33,604 nt of DNA from a virus. Taxonomy: Duplodnaviria > Caudoviricetes. The stretch is taken from positions 1-33,604 of IMG/VR virus record IMGVR_UViG_3300044731_001668; one strand, written 5' to 3'. Below, piece by piece: positions 8,152-17,505 of this stretch (its first letter is position 1; every line of letters starts with the position of its first letter). The notes under the pieces were generated by a model. The model did no database searches, had not been told where the DNA came from, and was given only the letters and a program-made list of their open reading frames with translations. The position numbers were made by a program, and so were the translations under genes.

Positions 8152-8179
8152 TAATTTTATGTATTTATAAATTCAAAAA

Positions 8180-8749
8180 ATGGCAACTAACGGAATAAAA
8201 AGTAGATATATACCAAAAAATCCTAGCAAATATATTGGTAATCCAAATAATATTGTTTGTCGATCAAGGTGGGAAACTCAGGTTTGCAAATTTTTTGATT
8301 TATCAGTATCTGTAATGCGTTGGGCAAGTGAGGAGTTTTCTTTACAATATATCAGTCCAATTGATAGACGAGTTCATAAATATTTTCCAGATTTTTATGT
8401 TGAGTATAAAGATAAATCTGGCAATTTAGTTAAAGAAATTGTTGAAGTAAAGCCATTGAAAGAAAGTACTGCTGAAGCTGCTAAAACTGAATATGATAAA
8501 AAAGCTCTTATGATTAATGAAGCTAAATGGAAAGCAGCAAAAGCATTTGCATCTTCTAATGGTATGCAATTTAGAGTATTAACAGAATTGTCTTTATTCA
8601 AACAATCTGATAAACCATCTAAAAAGAAAAATATAAAACCTAAAATAATAAAACCAATTGCTCCTAAAAAAGCTAAAGCTCCTAAAAGAACTACCACTAA
8701 TGCTAAACCTAATATTGGAACTAAAAAACCTCGGAAACCTAAATCATGA
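8180..8749 (+). CDS. gp4: Head completion nuclease (T4 gp4-like, TnsA-type endonuclease fold) with a Lys/Pro-rich tail
   Basis: Motifs PKNPSKYIG, RSRWE, WASEE, YFPDFYV, EVKP and NEAKWKAA. Confidence 0.9.
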   Translation: MATNGIKSRYIPKNPSKYIGNPNNIVCRSRWETQVCKFFDLSVSVMRWASEEFSLQYISPIDRRVHKYFPDFYVEYKDKSGNLVKEIVEVKPLKESTAEAAKTEYDKKALMINEAKWKAAKAFASSNGMQFRVLTELSLFKQSDKPSKKKNIKPKIIKPIAPKKAKAPKRTTTNAKPNIGTKKPRKPKS

Positions 8750-9504
8750 TAAACAATTATTGGTATAAAGCTCAATTAAAAGATTATATAAAACAATTTG
8801 TTGGTATCTTTGTAGGACTTCATGTCCAAACAGGAAAAAATGCTGATGGAATTTCTGCAATGATACAAGTTCCTATCTCAATTGGTAACAGAGATAGAGT
8901 AGTTGCTGCAATTCAAGCTGCCCATACTCAAAATAAACCGTTCTCTCTTCCAATGATGGCAGTTAATATGCAAGGAATTGAATTAGCTCCTGAAAGAAGA
9001 AAAGGTGTTGGCACTATTGACAGAAGACAATACCTACCAGCAGGTGGTTTATTTCCTGAAGATTTAGAAGTTGTTTATCGCCTAATGCCTATACCTTACA
9101 ATCTTAATATGGAATTAGGAATTTATGCGTCTAATACAGACCAATTACATCAGATACTAGAACAAATACTTTTACTATTTGACCCAACTGTTCAAATTCA
9201 GAAAAATGATAAAGCATTAGATTGGACGCGATTAACTCATGTAGAATTGACAGGAATTAATAACGAAGAAAATTATCCAATGGGTCAAGATAAAAGAATA
9301 GTTCAATGGTCTTTAAATTTTACAATGCCAATCAATTTATCTGCTCCAATGGAATTACGAGATAACATTATCCAAGAAATTATCTTAAGAATTGGTAATA
9401 TGAATGGGTTTGTAGTTATGGAATATGATGAAAACGGAGAACAACAATCCTTCTCAGAAGGGTCATTATTCTCTGTATCTGTTATTAATAAAGATAGCGG
9501 CTGA
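8746..9504 (+). CDS. gp15: Tail completion / sheath stabilizer (T4 gp15-like)
   Basis: N-terminal YWY..QLKDYIKQFVGIF, VPISIG, PIPYNLNMELGIY and QILEQILLLFDP; context next to gp4 and gp13. Confidence 0.8.
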   Translation: MINNYWYKAQLKDYIKQFVGIFVGLHVQTGKNADGISAMIQVPISIGNRDRVVAAIQAAHTQNKPFSLPMMAVNMQGIELAPERRKGVGTIDRRQYLPAGGLFPEDLEVVYRLMPIPYNLNMELGIYASNTDQLHQILEQILLLFDPTVQIQKNDKALDWTRLTHVELTGINNEENYPMGQDKRIVQWSLNFTMPINLSAPMELRDNIIQEIILRIGNMNGFVVMEYDENGEQQSFSEGSLFSVSVINKDSG

Positions 9505-9505
9505 T

Positions 9506-10996
9506 TTATCCAAACAAAATAAAAGAATTTCCGAACTCAATATTACTTCCAACTTCATAATCATTTACTTGGCGAAGAAGTTCTATCTTCATTGTCTCCG
9601 CTTTTTGAGCTAATTCAGATCCATTTAAAGTAATTCCATTAGGACCTGGAAGACTTTGAAATTTACCCCTAATATTAGATAATTGTTCATAACATACAGC
9701 AAGTGTCCAATCAAATATCCATTGAGATGTCCATCTATCTTTTAATATATCCTGTTCTGTTTTCTCCATAACACATTCTAATACAACAGGTTCATTTTTG
9801 TATAATTTACGTAAAATTGTTAATTCGCGAGTGTTTTCTCTCCATTCAAATTGAAGAGCTTGAGCAAATAATAAACTAAACGTTTCACCTAATTGAGCGA
9901 CTAAATGAATGCTTAATAAATCCATTGTTGCTCCTGCTAAAAACAATTGATTTAAAAAAGGTTGAGAATATAATCCAGCATCATTAGATAAAACATTCAA
10001 ACCAAATGTAGACAATCTATGAATTTTTATAACATTAACAATTTTGTTACTATCATCTTCAGGATTATTAAGATAATAAATATTTTGATCAGGTTTTAAT
10101 CCAAATAAAAAGTGTTTATGGTAATAGACACTATCCAATCTTCGTCTTGCTTCTCTTAATGCTTGGTTAATAGCATTTTCAAATTGACTTTCATCTAGTT
10201 CAACACACATTTTTGGCCAACCTAATTGAGCTTTTACATCAGAAATTAATCTCACTCTTTCATCAATACTTCCATCGGTTCCTATTGATAATTTATTATA
10301 GAGTGGAACATCTTCCTGAGCAGTATTAGCTTTAATCCAATCAGTTCCATTATAAACAAATAATGAATTAGAAATTGTATTATAGAAAAATATTCCTTGT
10401 GCTGGATTAGTTGGAAATGCAGTTCCTGTTAAAGCTGGAGTTGGTGAGGCATCCATCCAAGTTGAACCATTCCACATGAATACTTTATTAACTAAATGAT
10501 TATAAAATACTTGCCCTAATGTAGGATTTAATGGTGGAGTTGTTGCTTCAGGAATATTTCCAGAATTTAGTTCAGAACTTTGATTTTCTGATACGCCAAA
10601 ATCAGCATATGATTTAATTCCTGGTATTAAATAATTAATAACATTATCACAAATAAACATAGATGCATAATAAACTTTATTTGCATCTAAATTAGAAACA
10701 ATTAATGAAGTACTAGTAATACTATCTCCTAATGCTCCATAAAAAGCTCCAACAACATTAGCTCCAGAAATCGTATTTGTAGGAATTAAATAGTTTAATG
10801 AAGGTGTATATGTTTGTCCATTAGTCGGATTATTGGCATTAGTAAATGGTTCATCAGATAGTAATATAACAGCACCATTATATGAAACATAATTGGTGGG
10901 AATATTCCAAGATATTGATAAACTTGTAGGTGTTGTTCTAACTGTTTGTAGTTTTATTTCAGAAGCTTCTGAGATAAGATTTAATATGGATGACAT
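9506..10996 (-). CDS. gp13: Neck protein (T4 gp13-like) with a long N-terminal extension
   Basis: C-terminal half has QLGWPKMCVELDESQ, W..QWI.DW.LA and RGKFQSLPGPNGITLNGSEL. N-terminal half is FN3-like plus two P.NP..G.F.YN...WNG..W repeats. Confidence 0.8.
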   Translation of the reverse strand: MSSILNLISEASEIKLQTVRTTPTSLSISWNIPTNYVSYNGAVILLSDEPFTNANNPTNGQTYTPSLNYLIPTNTISGANVVGAFYGALGDSITSTSLIVSNLDANKVYYASMFICDNVINYLIPGIKSYADFGVSENQSSELNSGNIPEATTPPLNPTLGQVFYNHLVNKVFMWNGSTWMDASPTPALTGTAFPTNPAQGIFFYNTISNSLFVYNGTDWIKANTAQEDVPLYNKLSIGTDGSIDERVRLISDVKAQLGWPKMCVELDESQFENAINQALREARRRLDSVYYHKHFLFGLKPDQNIYYLNNPEDDSNKIVNVIKIHRLSTFGLNVLSNDAGLYSQPFLNQLFLAGATMDLLSIHLVAQLGETFSLLFAQALQFEWRENTRELTILRKLYKNEPVVLECVMEKTEQDILKDRWTSQWIFDWTLAVCYEQLSNIRGKFQSLPGPNGITLNGSELAQKAETMKIELLRQVNDYEVGSNIEFGNSFILFG

Positions 10997-11016
10997 AAGA
11001 TTGTAATCTCTTTTAA

Positions 11017-11041
11017 TAAATATAAATTATGATATTATTTA
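11017..11041. promoter_or_regulatory. Pair of oppositely oriented TAAATA late-promoter-like motifs
   Basis: TAAATA on + at 11017-11022 and on - at 11036-11041, in the gap between the divergent genes gp13 and 11068..12237. Confidence 0.45.
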
Positions 11042-11067
11042 TTCAAAACTAATACAGGAATTATCTT

Positions 11068-12237
11068 ATGCTACAATTATTACAGGAATTATTAGATTTA
11101 TCTAATAATGATCAAATATTAAATGAAAATTGGGGAAATTTAAATTTTGTTGATAAAAAATTTAAAAATTTATTTAAATTTGGGGATAGTTTAAATTATA
11201 AAAGCTCAAGTAAAACAAATGAATTAAATAAAACGGCAGGTGTTCCATTATCTTTTGGAAGTGATGCTATAGTTAATGAAAAAGATTTTAAAACTAATAG
11301 CGAATTACAAGTAATTTTGGAAGATGATATTGTAAAAATGGTTCTTATAGAAAGTAATGGAACTCAAGTATGTCTAATTAGAAAATATCAAGCTGATTTT
11401 TCCACTCCTCCAAAAATGTCTTTTGAATTATTTGTTGATACGCAAACTTTAATAGATAATGTTAAAGAAGATAATCAACAAAAATTTTCTGATTTATTAC
11501 ACAAAGCTGAGTTTATAGAAACGCAAGAATTTAAACATTATTCAACTGCTAAAGTGTATGATAATATTAAAACAGTTTCTCAAAGTAAAATTAATAGCCA
11601 AACAAATATTTTATTAAAATTGTTGAAAGAAACAACATTATATGGACAATTAAAAGCTTATGCAATATCAAATGATGATAGAAGATTAGTTAAAAGAAAA
11701 GAACGATACGCAGCTAAAAAAATAGGAGATGAATTTGTTTTTGATTTTGAAGGAAAACCATCTAAAATGCCTTTGCAATTACGTCCAGGTCATTCAAAAC
11801 CTGTTGCGGATAATCTTTATCATGATGCTGTTCAAAAAGCATTAATGTCAAGATTGAATGAATATAAAAAGAATAAAGCTGATGATGTAACTTTGGAAGA
11901 AATGCTTGATTTAATTAAAGCAAAAGGCTTTTTAAAATATTTAAAAGTTAAAGGTGTTCCTTATACACTTTATGATATGGACTATATGTCAATGTCTAAT
12001 TTTACAGATAACACTAGGTCAAGACCTTCTATATCATATAAAGTTAATGATCAAAGTCCAGAATATGAAAAATTTAAAAAGAAAGCACAATTATTAAAAA
12101 ATCTTTATGATGATAATGAAGAAGAAGAATTTAGAAAAGCTTATGCAAAATTTATGCCTCCTTATAAAATTCGCCTTGAATTAGCATTTGGTCCTGGTGG
12201 TATTGTTCCTGTAAATGTTGCTGAGTCAAACTGGTGA
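11068..12237 (+). CDS. Hypothetical protein, possibly virion-associated
   Basis: 389 aa ORF with AGGA SD; N-terminal LLQELL...ILNE resembles a head-protease-cleaved leader (inference). Confidence 0.75.
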   Translation: MLQLLQELLDLSNNDQILNENWGNLNFVDKKFKNLFKFGDSLNYKSSSKTNELNKTAGVPLSFGSDAIVNEKDFKTNSELQVILEDDIVKMVLIESNGTQVCLIRKYQADFSTPPKMSFELFVDTQTLIDNVKEDNQQKFSDLLHKAEFIETQEFKHYSTAKVYDNIKTVSQSKINSQTNILLKLLKETTLYGQLKAYAISNDDRRLVKRKERYAAKKIGDEFVFDFEGKPSKMPLQLRPGHSKPVADNLYHDAVQKALMSRLNEYKKNKADDVTLEEMLDLIKAKGFLKYLKVKGVPYTLYDMDYMSMSNFTDNTRSRPSISYKVNDQSPEYEKFKKKAQLLKNLYDDNEEEEFRKAYAKFMPPYKIRLELAFGPGGIVPVNVAESNW

Positions 12238-12243
12238 TAAGTT

Positions 12244-12456
12244 ATGGCCCAGGAGTTTAGAACATCAGAAATAATGTTTTCTATGGGTCATACTATAGAA
12301 GCAATGTTAAGATTACATAATCCACTAATTCAAAAGGGACCAGAACTCCAAGAATTAGTGGAAATTTTTAATCAGCTTAACAAAAATAGTTGTCCAACAA
12401 TAGGAAAAAGGTATATAATACCAATAGTAGAAAAATATCAAATAAAACAGGATTAA
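12244..12456 (+). CDS. Small hypothetical protein, weak LysM-like pattern
   Basis: 70 aa, tightly packed between neighbours; ends FNQLN...PTIGKRYIIP. Confidence 0.6.
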   Translation: MAQEFRTSEIMFSMGHTIEAMLRLHNPLIQKGPELQELVEIFNQLNKNSCPTIGKRYIIPIVEKYQIKQD

Positions 12457-12458
12457 AA

Positions 12459-13742
12459 ATGACTACAGACAAATATAGAAAACTGAATGAAGCTTTTGAA
12501 CAACGCAAATTTCAAAAAGGAACCATTCAATTTAAAAGCCATACAATTAATGACAAGCATATTCAAGATACCATTAATATTATTGCTAAATTTCATGGTA
12601 TTCCTGCAAGTAAAATTGTTAAAGAAATTGAAGACAAAGTTGCTAAATTCAAAGAAATTGCAGATAAAGCTCCTTTATTATATGGAACTATTGTTAAAAA
12701 TACTGTAGAATCAGAAGTATTTCAAAAATTTCAAGAAGTGAAGGGTATTGACATTAAAGGTGCTCCAAAATTTGATGCAACTATATTTTGGAGATTGATT
12801 AGAGATATTAAAGTAGAACATGACCAATTTTTACCATTGAGGTCATTTACAGACCCTAAACGTTTGTATGAACCTGTTATTCTATTATTACCAGATCCTA
12901 AACGCCCAGATTTAAATAGTATTGAAACAGCTGCTGCATCTCCTAAAGGTGAATTTTATTTTGATACTGAATTCATGCAAGATTTAATGACTTTTGCTCA
13001 TATTAAAGGTGTAGTTCCAAAAGGTAAAAAATATGTTAGTAATGGTGGAGATACTCCAGATGAATATTGTTGGGTTGAATTCTTGATTATTCATGAATTT
13101 TTACATTATACATATTCTGACTTTCATTATCAAAATGAAATTCCTAAAGCTGACCCTAAAATTATCAACTGGGTTGGTGATTTCCGTTCTAATTATATGT
13201 TAGTTAAATCAGGATATGAGCAATTGCCAATTGGTTTATTTAATGATGATATTAATTATGATAGACAAACATCATATAAACAAATGTATAATTTAGTTGC
13301 AGCTGAATTTAGCAAATTAAATAAAAAACAACAGCAAATGGTTCAAGAAGAATTAGATGGTATGTCTGATGATCATGATACAGGCCAACAACATGGAAAA
13401 GAAGAAGGTGGTAAAACTCCAGGACCTGCTGATCCTAACGCTCAACCACAACCAAAAGGTCAAGGTCAAAAACCTGAAGGTGAAGAACAAAAAGGGCCTT
13501 ATTATGTAGAAGATGATTATGGAAATCTAACTATTAATGGTAGAGATATTGCTAAAAAAGTTCCAACAGCTAATCGTCATGGAAATATTAGAATTGGGCA
13601 TAAAGATAGTTATAATGAAGTTAAAACATCAGATCCTCTTTCAGGACAAGAACAAACAGTTTTAACAATTTCTAAGAAAGATTATCATATCGATAGTAAT
13701 GGTAATATTGTTGTTAGAATTAAGAAACAAAAGGATGTATAA
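12459..13742 (+). CDS. Zincin-like metallopeptidase (DUF2201 N-terminal type)
   Basis: IETAAA...FYFD..F, HEFLH (HExxH) and NWVGD...N, followed by a G/P/Q/E-rich linker. Start reassigned to ATG 12459, which follows an AGGA SD. Confidence 0.8.
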   Translation: MTTDKYRKLNEAFEQRKFQKGTIQFKSHTINDKHIQDTINIIAKFHGIPASKIVKEIEDKVAKFKEIADKAPLLYGTIVKNTVESEVFQKFQEVKGIDIKGAPKFDATIFWRLIRDIKVEHDQFLPLRSFTDPKRLYEPVILLLPDPKRPDLNSIETAAASPKGEFYFDTEFMQDLMTFAHIKGVVPKGKKYVSNGGDTPDEYCWVEFLIIHEFLHYTYSDFHYQNEIPKADPKIINWVGDFRSNYMLVKSGYEQLPIGLFNDDINYDRQTSYKQMYNLVAAEFSKLNKKQQQMVQEELDGMSDDHDTGQQHGKEEGGKTPGPADPNAQPQPKGQGQKPEGEEQKGPYYVEDDYGNLTINGRDIAKKVPTANRHGNIRIGHKDSYNEVKTSDPLSGQEQTVLTISKKDYHIDSNGNIVVRIKKQKDV

Positions 13743-13743
13743 A

Positions 13744-14892
13744 ATGCAAAAATATCAAATGTTATTAGAAGAAGATCAAGAAGAAAATAATGATTTTGTT
13801 GAAATTATTATTGGTAAAGATGGTGATTATGAAATAGATGAACAAGGTAATATAACAATCATCAAAAAAGAAACTGGAGGACCAGAACAAAACCCGCCAC
13901 CAGGTGGTTCAGGCAAACCTGGAGAACCTGGTGAAGAAGAAGGAAATCAAAAATCTGATAGTGAGGATGGAGAAGGGGAAGAAGAAGGAGAAAAAATTGA
14001 AGAAATTGGCGAAGGTTCTGGTGTTAATGCAATAGATGAACAACATAAAAAAACTGAAGAACGTCTTAAAGCTGGCAAGGATTTATCTAGAAAAGAAGCT
14101 AATGAAAAGGCAAAAGAAGACGAAATTGCAAGAAGAGAAAAAGAAGCAGCTCAAAAAGGTGGTAGAGGTAAAGGTTCAGATGCAAATCCATCAGAAGTAG
14201 ATTATTCAAAAATCCAACCAAAGTTTAATTGGAACCAAATTATTAAAATGTTTATTGCTTCAGCTGGAGAAGAAGTAGAAGAAACATATCAAAAACCTTC
14301 TAGAAGAAGTATATCAGGTATCCATACTGCACGACAAACTGGCGCTGGAGCTATGAAACCCGGTGAAAATGTTCTTGATGCTAAAGAAGTAAAATTAGCT
14401 TTTGTTATTGATAGCTCAGGAAGTATGAGTTCAATAATTGCAACAATGTATGCTAATATTGCTAATTTGTTAAAATCTAATGCAAGATTATCAAATGCAT
14501 TATTTACCATTATTAAATTTAGTGATAATTGGCATGCATGGAAAGGTATGTTTAAATCAGATAAAGCAGTTGCTGTTTCTAATGTTTTAGAAAAACCAAC
14601 AAGATTTGATGGAAAAATGAGCGTAATATTTAAACAACATTATGGTTCTGTTACTAATTTCTCTGCAGATTTACGTGAAAATATTCAAAAATTAATTAAA
14701 GACAAATATAATATTTTAATATTTTCTGATAGTGATGTTTCATCTGGAGATAATATGAAAGAACTTGTTGAATTAATTAAAACACCAGGTGGAAAGGTGT
14801 TTATTATATTTGATACTCGTTCTTCTTATCTTGAATTTAGAAAAAATTCTGGATTTAGTACTCAAAATATAACATATATTGGGAAAGATTAA
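13744..14892 (+). CDS. VWA (MIDAS) domain protein (DUF2201 C-terminal type)
   Basis: TYQKPSRR, FVIDSSGSMS (DxSxS) and ILIFSDSD. Start reassigned to ATG 13744, 8 nt after AAGGA. Confidence 0.8.
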   Translation: MQKYQMLLEEDQEENNDFVEIIIGKDGDYEIDEQGNITIIKKETGGPEQNPPPGGSGKPGEPGEEEGNQKSDSEDGEGEEEGEKIEEIGEGSGVNAIDEQHKKTEERLKAGKDLSRKEANEKAKEDEIARREKEAAQKGGRGKGSDANPSEVDYSKIQPKFNWNQIIKMFIASAGEEVEETYQKPSRRSISGIHTARQTGAGAMKPGENVLDAKEVKLAFVIDSSGSMSSIIATMYANIANLLKSNARLSNALFTIIKFSDNWHAWKGMFKSDKAVAVSNVLEKPTRFDGKMSVIFKQHYGSVTNFSADLRENIQKLIKDKYNILIFSDSDVSSGDNMKELVELIKTPGGKVFIIFDTRSSYLEFRKNSGFSTQNITYIGKD

Positions 14893-14902
14893 TTTCAAAA
14901 AT

Positions 14903-14933
14903 AAAAAAGCCCATAATAATTATGGGCTTTTTT
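14903..14933. terminator. Rho-independent terminator (bidirectional form)
   Basis: aaaaaagcccataat...ttatgggctttttt hairpin with A- and T-tracts, just after the VWA gene. Confidence 0.85.
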
Positions 14934-14978
14934 GCGTTCCATAAATAAAAATAAGGAAATTACGTTTATGGAAAAATT

Positions 14979-17084
14979 ATGGCAAATCAATATATTAAAA
15001 GAGCTAACATTCAAGATGAATATGATTTAGATAAAGTTGAAGAATTAGAAAAATGCACAAATGACCCAATTTATTTTATAAAAACTTATGTAAAAATTCA
15101 ACATCCTGTTAAAGGCACTGTTCCATTCCACTTATATGAATATCAAGAAGAAATGATTGATATCATACATAATAATAAAGATGTTTTATTACTGGCTAGT
15201 CGACAATTAGGTAAATGTGTTTCTTCTGAAACTTTAATAAATATATATACTAAACCAAAAAATTGGTTCAAAATATTATTATTAAAGATTTTAGATAAGG
15301 AACTTTATGCCAAAAAATCTTTTTTTAGCAGATTAAAAAATAAAATATTAAGATATTGTTTAGATAAACAAGAAATATCTATAGAACAATTTCATAATTT
15401 AAATAATCCTATAACTGTTGCTATAAATGATTATGAAGGTAATTTAAAATTTATACAACAAACTAGTATTAACAATTGTTATGTTGATACTCCTTTAGGA
15501 CTGTCAAAAATAAAATCAAGTTTTAAAACCGTAAAATATAAACTTTATGAAGTTATATTAGAAAATGGTTTATATTTAAAAGGTGCAGATAATCATATTG
15601 TTATTGATAAAGATAATAAAGAACTATTTTTAAAAGATTTAAATTCAAATACATATTTAAAAACTATAAAAGGTATTAGCAAAGTTGTTGATTTAATTAA
15701 ATATGATAATTATGAAAATATGTATGATTTAGAACTTGATGATGAAGAGCATGTTTATTATACAAATGGAATTTTATCACATAATACATCAGTAGCTGCC
15801 ATCTATATATTGTGGATGGCTACTTTCCAAAAAGATAAATTATGTGTTATTGCTTCTAAAGCGATGGCGCATGCTACTGAAATCATGGGTAGAATAAAAT
15901 TCTCTTATGAAGAATTACCAAATTGGTTAAAAGCAGGTTGCAAATTCTACAATCGTACTAGTATAGAGTTTGATAATGGCTCTGTTATAAAATCAGAAGC
16001 AACCACTGAAAAAACTGGCCGAGGTGGTTCACCAAGTATTCTGTTTATTGATGAGATTGCATTCGTATCTAAAAGAATTCAAGACGAAATGTGGGCATCT
16101 ATTACTCCTTCTTTATCAACAGGTGGTAAATTTATTCTAACAACTACTCCTAATGGTGATAGTGATTTATTTGCTTCATTATGGAGAAGTTCATGTGCAG
16201 GATTAAATTCTTTTGTAAATAAAACTGTTTTATATCATAGACATCCTGAAAGAGGACCTGGTTCTGGATATTATGAAGAAATGGTTGGTAAATTAGGAGA
16301 ATTAAAAGCTAAAGTTGAATTAGATTGTGAATTTTTATCTTCAGATGCATTATTAGTTAGTTCATTACGATTAAATGAATTTAGATATTCTTCTGTATTA
16401 TTTGAAGATAATGGTTTTAAGTTTTGGGATGAGTTAAAAGGAAATCCTATGTATTTAGTTGCTTGTGATGTTGCGACTGGTAGAGGAGCAGATTTTTCTG
16501 TAATAGATATTTTTACATTTCCAGGATTAGTTCAAATTGGTCAATATCGTTCTAATGATTTAAATATCCCAGGATTATATGGCAAGTTAAAGTGGATATT
16601 AGAAAAGTTATCAAAACCTATCGGTAATAAAAGACCTGAGGTAATGTGGACGTTTGAAAGAAATAGTATTGGAGAAGCTATTGCTGCATTATATGAGACA
16701 GATGAAGAACAACCAGAATTTGCAGAATTGATTAATGATGTTCCTGGAAAATTAGGAATGGCAACTACTAATAAATCAAAAGTATTGGCTTGTTTGCAAA
16801 TGAAGACATTATTGGAAAAGATTAAGAATGGATTAATTATAAATTCTGAAATTACAATATTTGAATTGAAAAATTTTATAGCTTCGGGTGGAAGTTATGC
16901 TGCTAAACAGGGAGCTACTGATGACGCAGTTATGGCATTAGTGTTAATTGTTAGATTAATTAAGTATGTTGCTTCTTTTGATCCTGAAGCTCATAAACTC
17001 ATGTATAAATATGATGAAAATGATTATTCTTCTGATAATGAAACAGCTGATGAAATGGATGAGCCAATGCCAATTTTATTTTAA
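14979..17084 (+). CDS. terL: Terminase large subunit (T4 gp17-like), intein-containing
   Basis: DPIYF, LYEYQ (Q motif), Walker A SRQLGK|T, Walker B LFIDE, TTTPNG, nuclease VACDVATG and TDDAVMA; TAAATA at 14942-14947 upstream. Confidence 0.95.
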   Translation: MANQYIKRANIQDEYDLDKVEELEKCTNDPIYFIKTYVKIQHPVKGTVPFHLYEYQEEMIDIIHNNKDVLLLASRQLGKCVSSETLINIYTKPKNWFKILLLKILDKELYAKKSFFSRLKNKILRYCLDKQEISIEQFHNLNNPITVAINDYEGNLKFIQQTSINNCYVDTPLGLSKIKSSFKTVKYKLYEVILENGLYLKGADNHIVIDKDNKELFLKDLNSNTYLKTIKGISKVVDLIKYDNYENMYDLELDDEEHVYYTNGILSHNTSVAAIYILWMATFQKDKLCVIASKAMAHATEIMGRIKFSYEELPNWLKAGCKFYNRTSIEFDNGSVIKSEATTEKTGRGGSPSILFIDEIAFVSKRIQDEMWASITPSLSTGGKFILTTTPNGDSDLFASLWRSSCAGLNSFVNKTVLYHRHPERGPGSGYYEEMVGKLGELKAKVELDCEFLSSDALLVSSLRLNEFRYSSVLFEDNGFKFWDELKGNPMYLVACDVATGRGADFSVIDIFTFPGLVQIGQYRSNDLNIPGLYGKLKWILEKLSKPIGNKRPEVMWTFERNSIGEAIAALYETDEEQPEFAELINDVPGKLGMATTNKSKVLACLQMKTLLEKIKNGLIINSEITIFELKNFIASGGSYAAKQGATDDAVMALVLIVRLIKYVASFDPEAHKLMYKYDENDYSSDNETADEMDEPMPILF
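15216..15785 (+). mobile_element. Mini-intein (190 aa) in the terminase Walker A motif
   Basis: Begins CVSSETLI after GK, has a block B-like GADNH, ends MYDLEL...YYTNGILSHN followed by T; no LAGLIDADG or HNH motif. Confidence 0.93.
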
Positions 17085-17121
17085 AGATAAATACTAAATA
17101 ACTTTATACTTAGGAATTAAA

Positions 17122-17490
17122 ATGAAATTACATGAAATAAAACCAATATTAAAAGAGCAGATTACGCCAATTCATATTTCTATGATATTACAAGAAATTT
17201 GTAAAGCTAAGAAATGTACTAATGCTGTTCATTATAATGTATTATTACAATTAGTGAATTTGTTTAAGAATGGTGAAAATACTAATCCACGATATGCTAA
17301 TGAGTTCTCTTCTTCTAAAGAACAATTAGACGAATTAAAGCAATTAAAAAATGAAGAACAAGTGGAATTAGCTCAATGGTGTTTGATTATGTTGAATAAT
17401 GAAGAAAATAAAGAACAATATGCTCAATTTAAGGACCCATCTATGGCGTTAAATAGATGGATTGCTTATGTTATTAAAAAACAAGATTAA
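17122..17490 (+). CDS. Hypothetical protein
   Basis: 122 aa, AGGA SD, tandem TAAATA at 17088-17100. Confidence 0.75.
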   Translation: MKLHEIKPILKEQITPIHISMILQEICKAKKCTNAVHYNVLLQLVNLFKNGENTNPRYANEFSSSKEQLDELKQLKNEEQVELAQWCLIMLNNEENKEQYAQFKDPSMALNRWIAYVIKKQD

Positions 17491-17505
17491 AAGGAACTAA
17501 ATATT

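Noticed and set aside
12390-13743. ORF-track starts at 12390 and 13699
   Set aside because: They overlap upstream genes extensively, whereas ATG 12459 and ATG 13744 have well-spaced AGGA sites.
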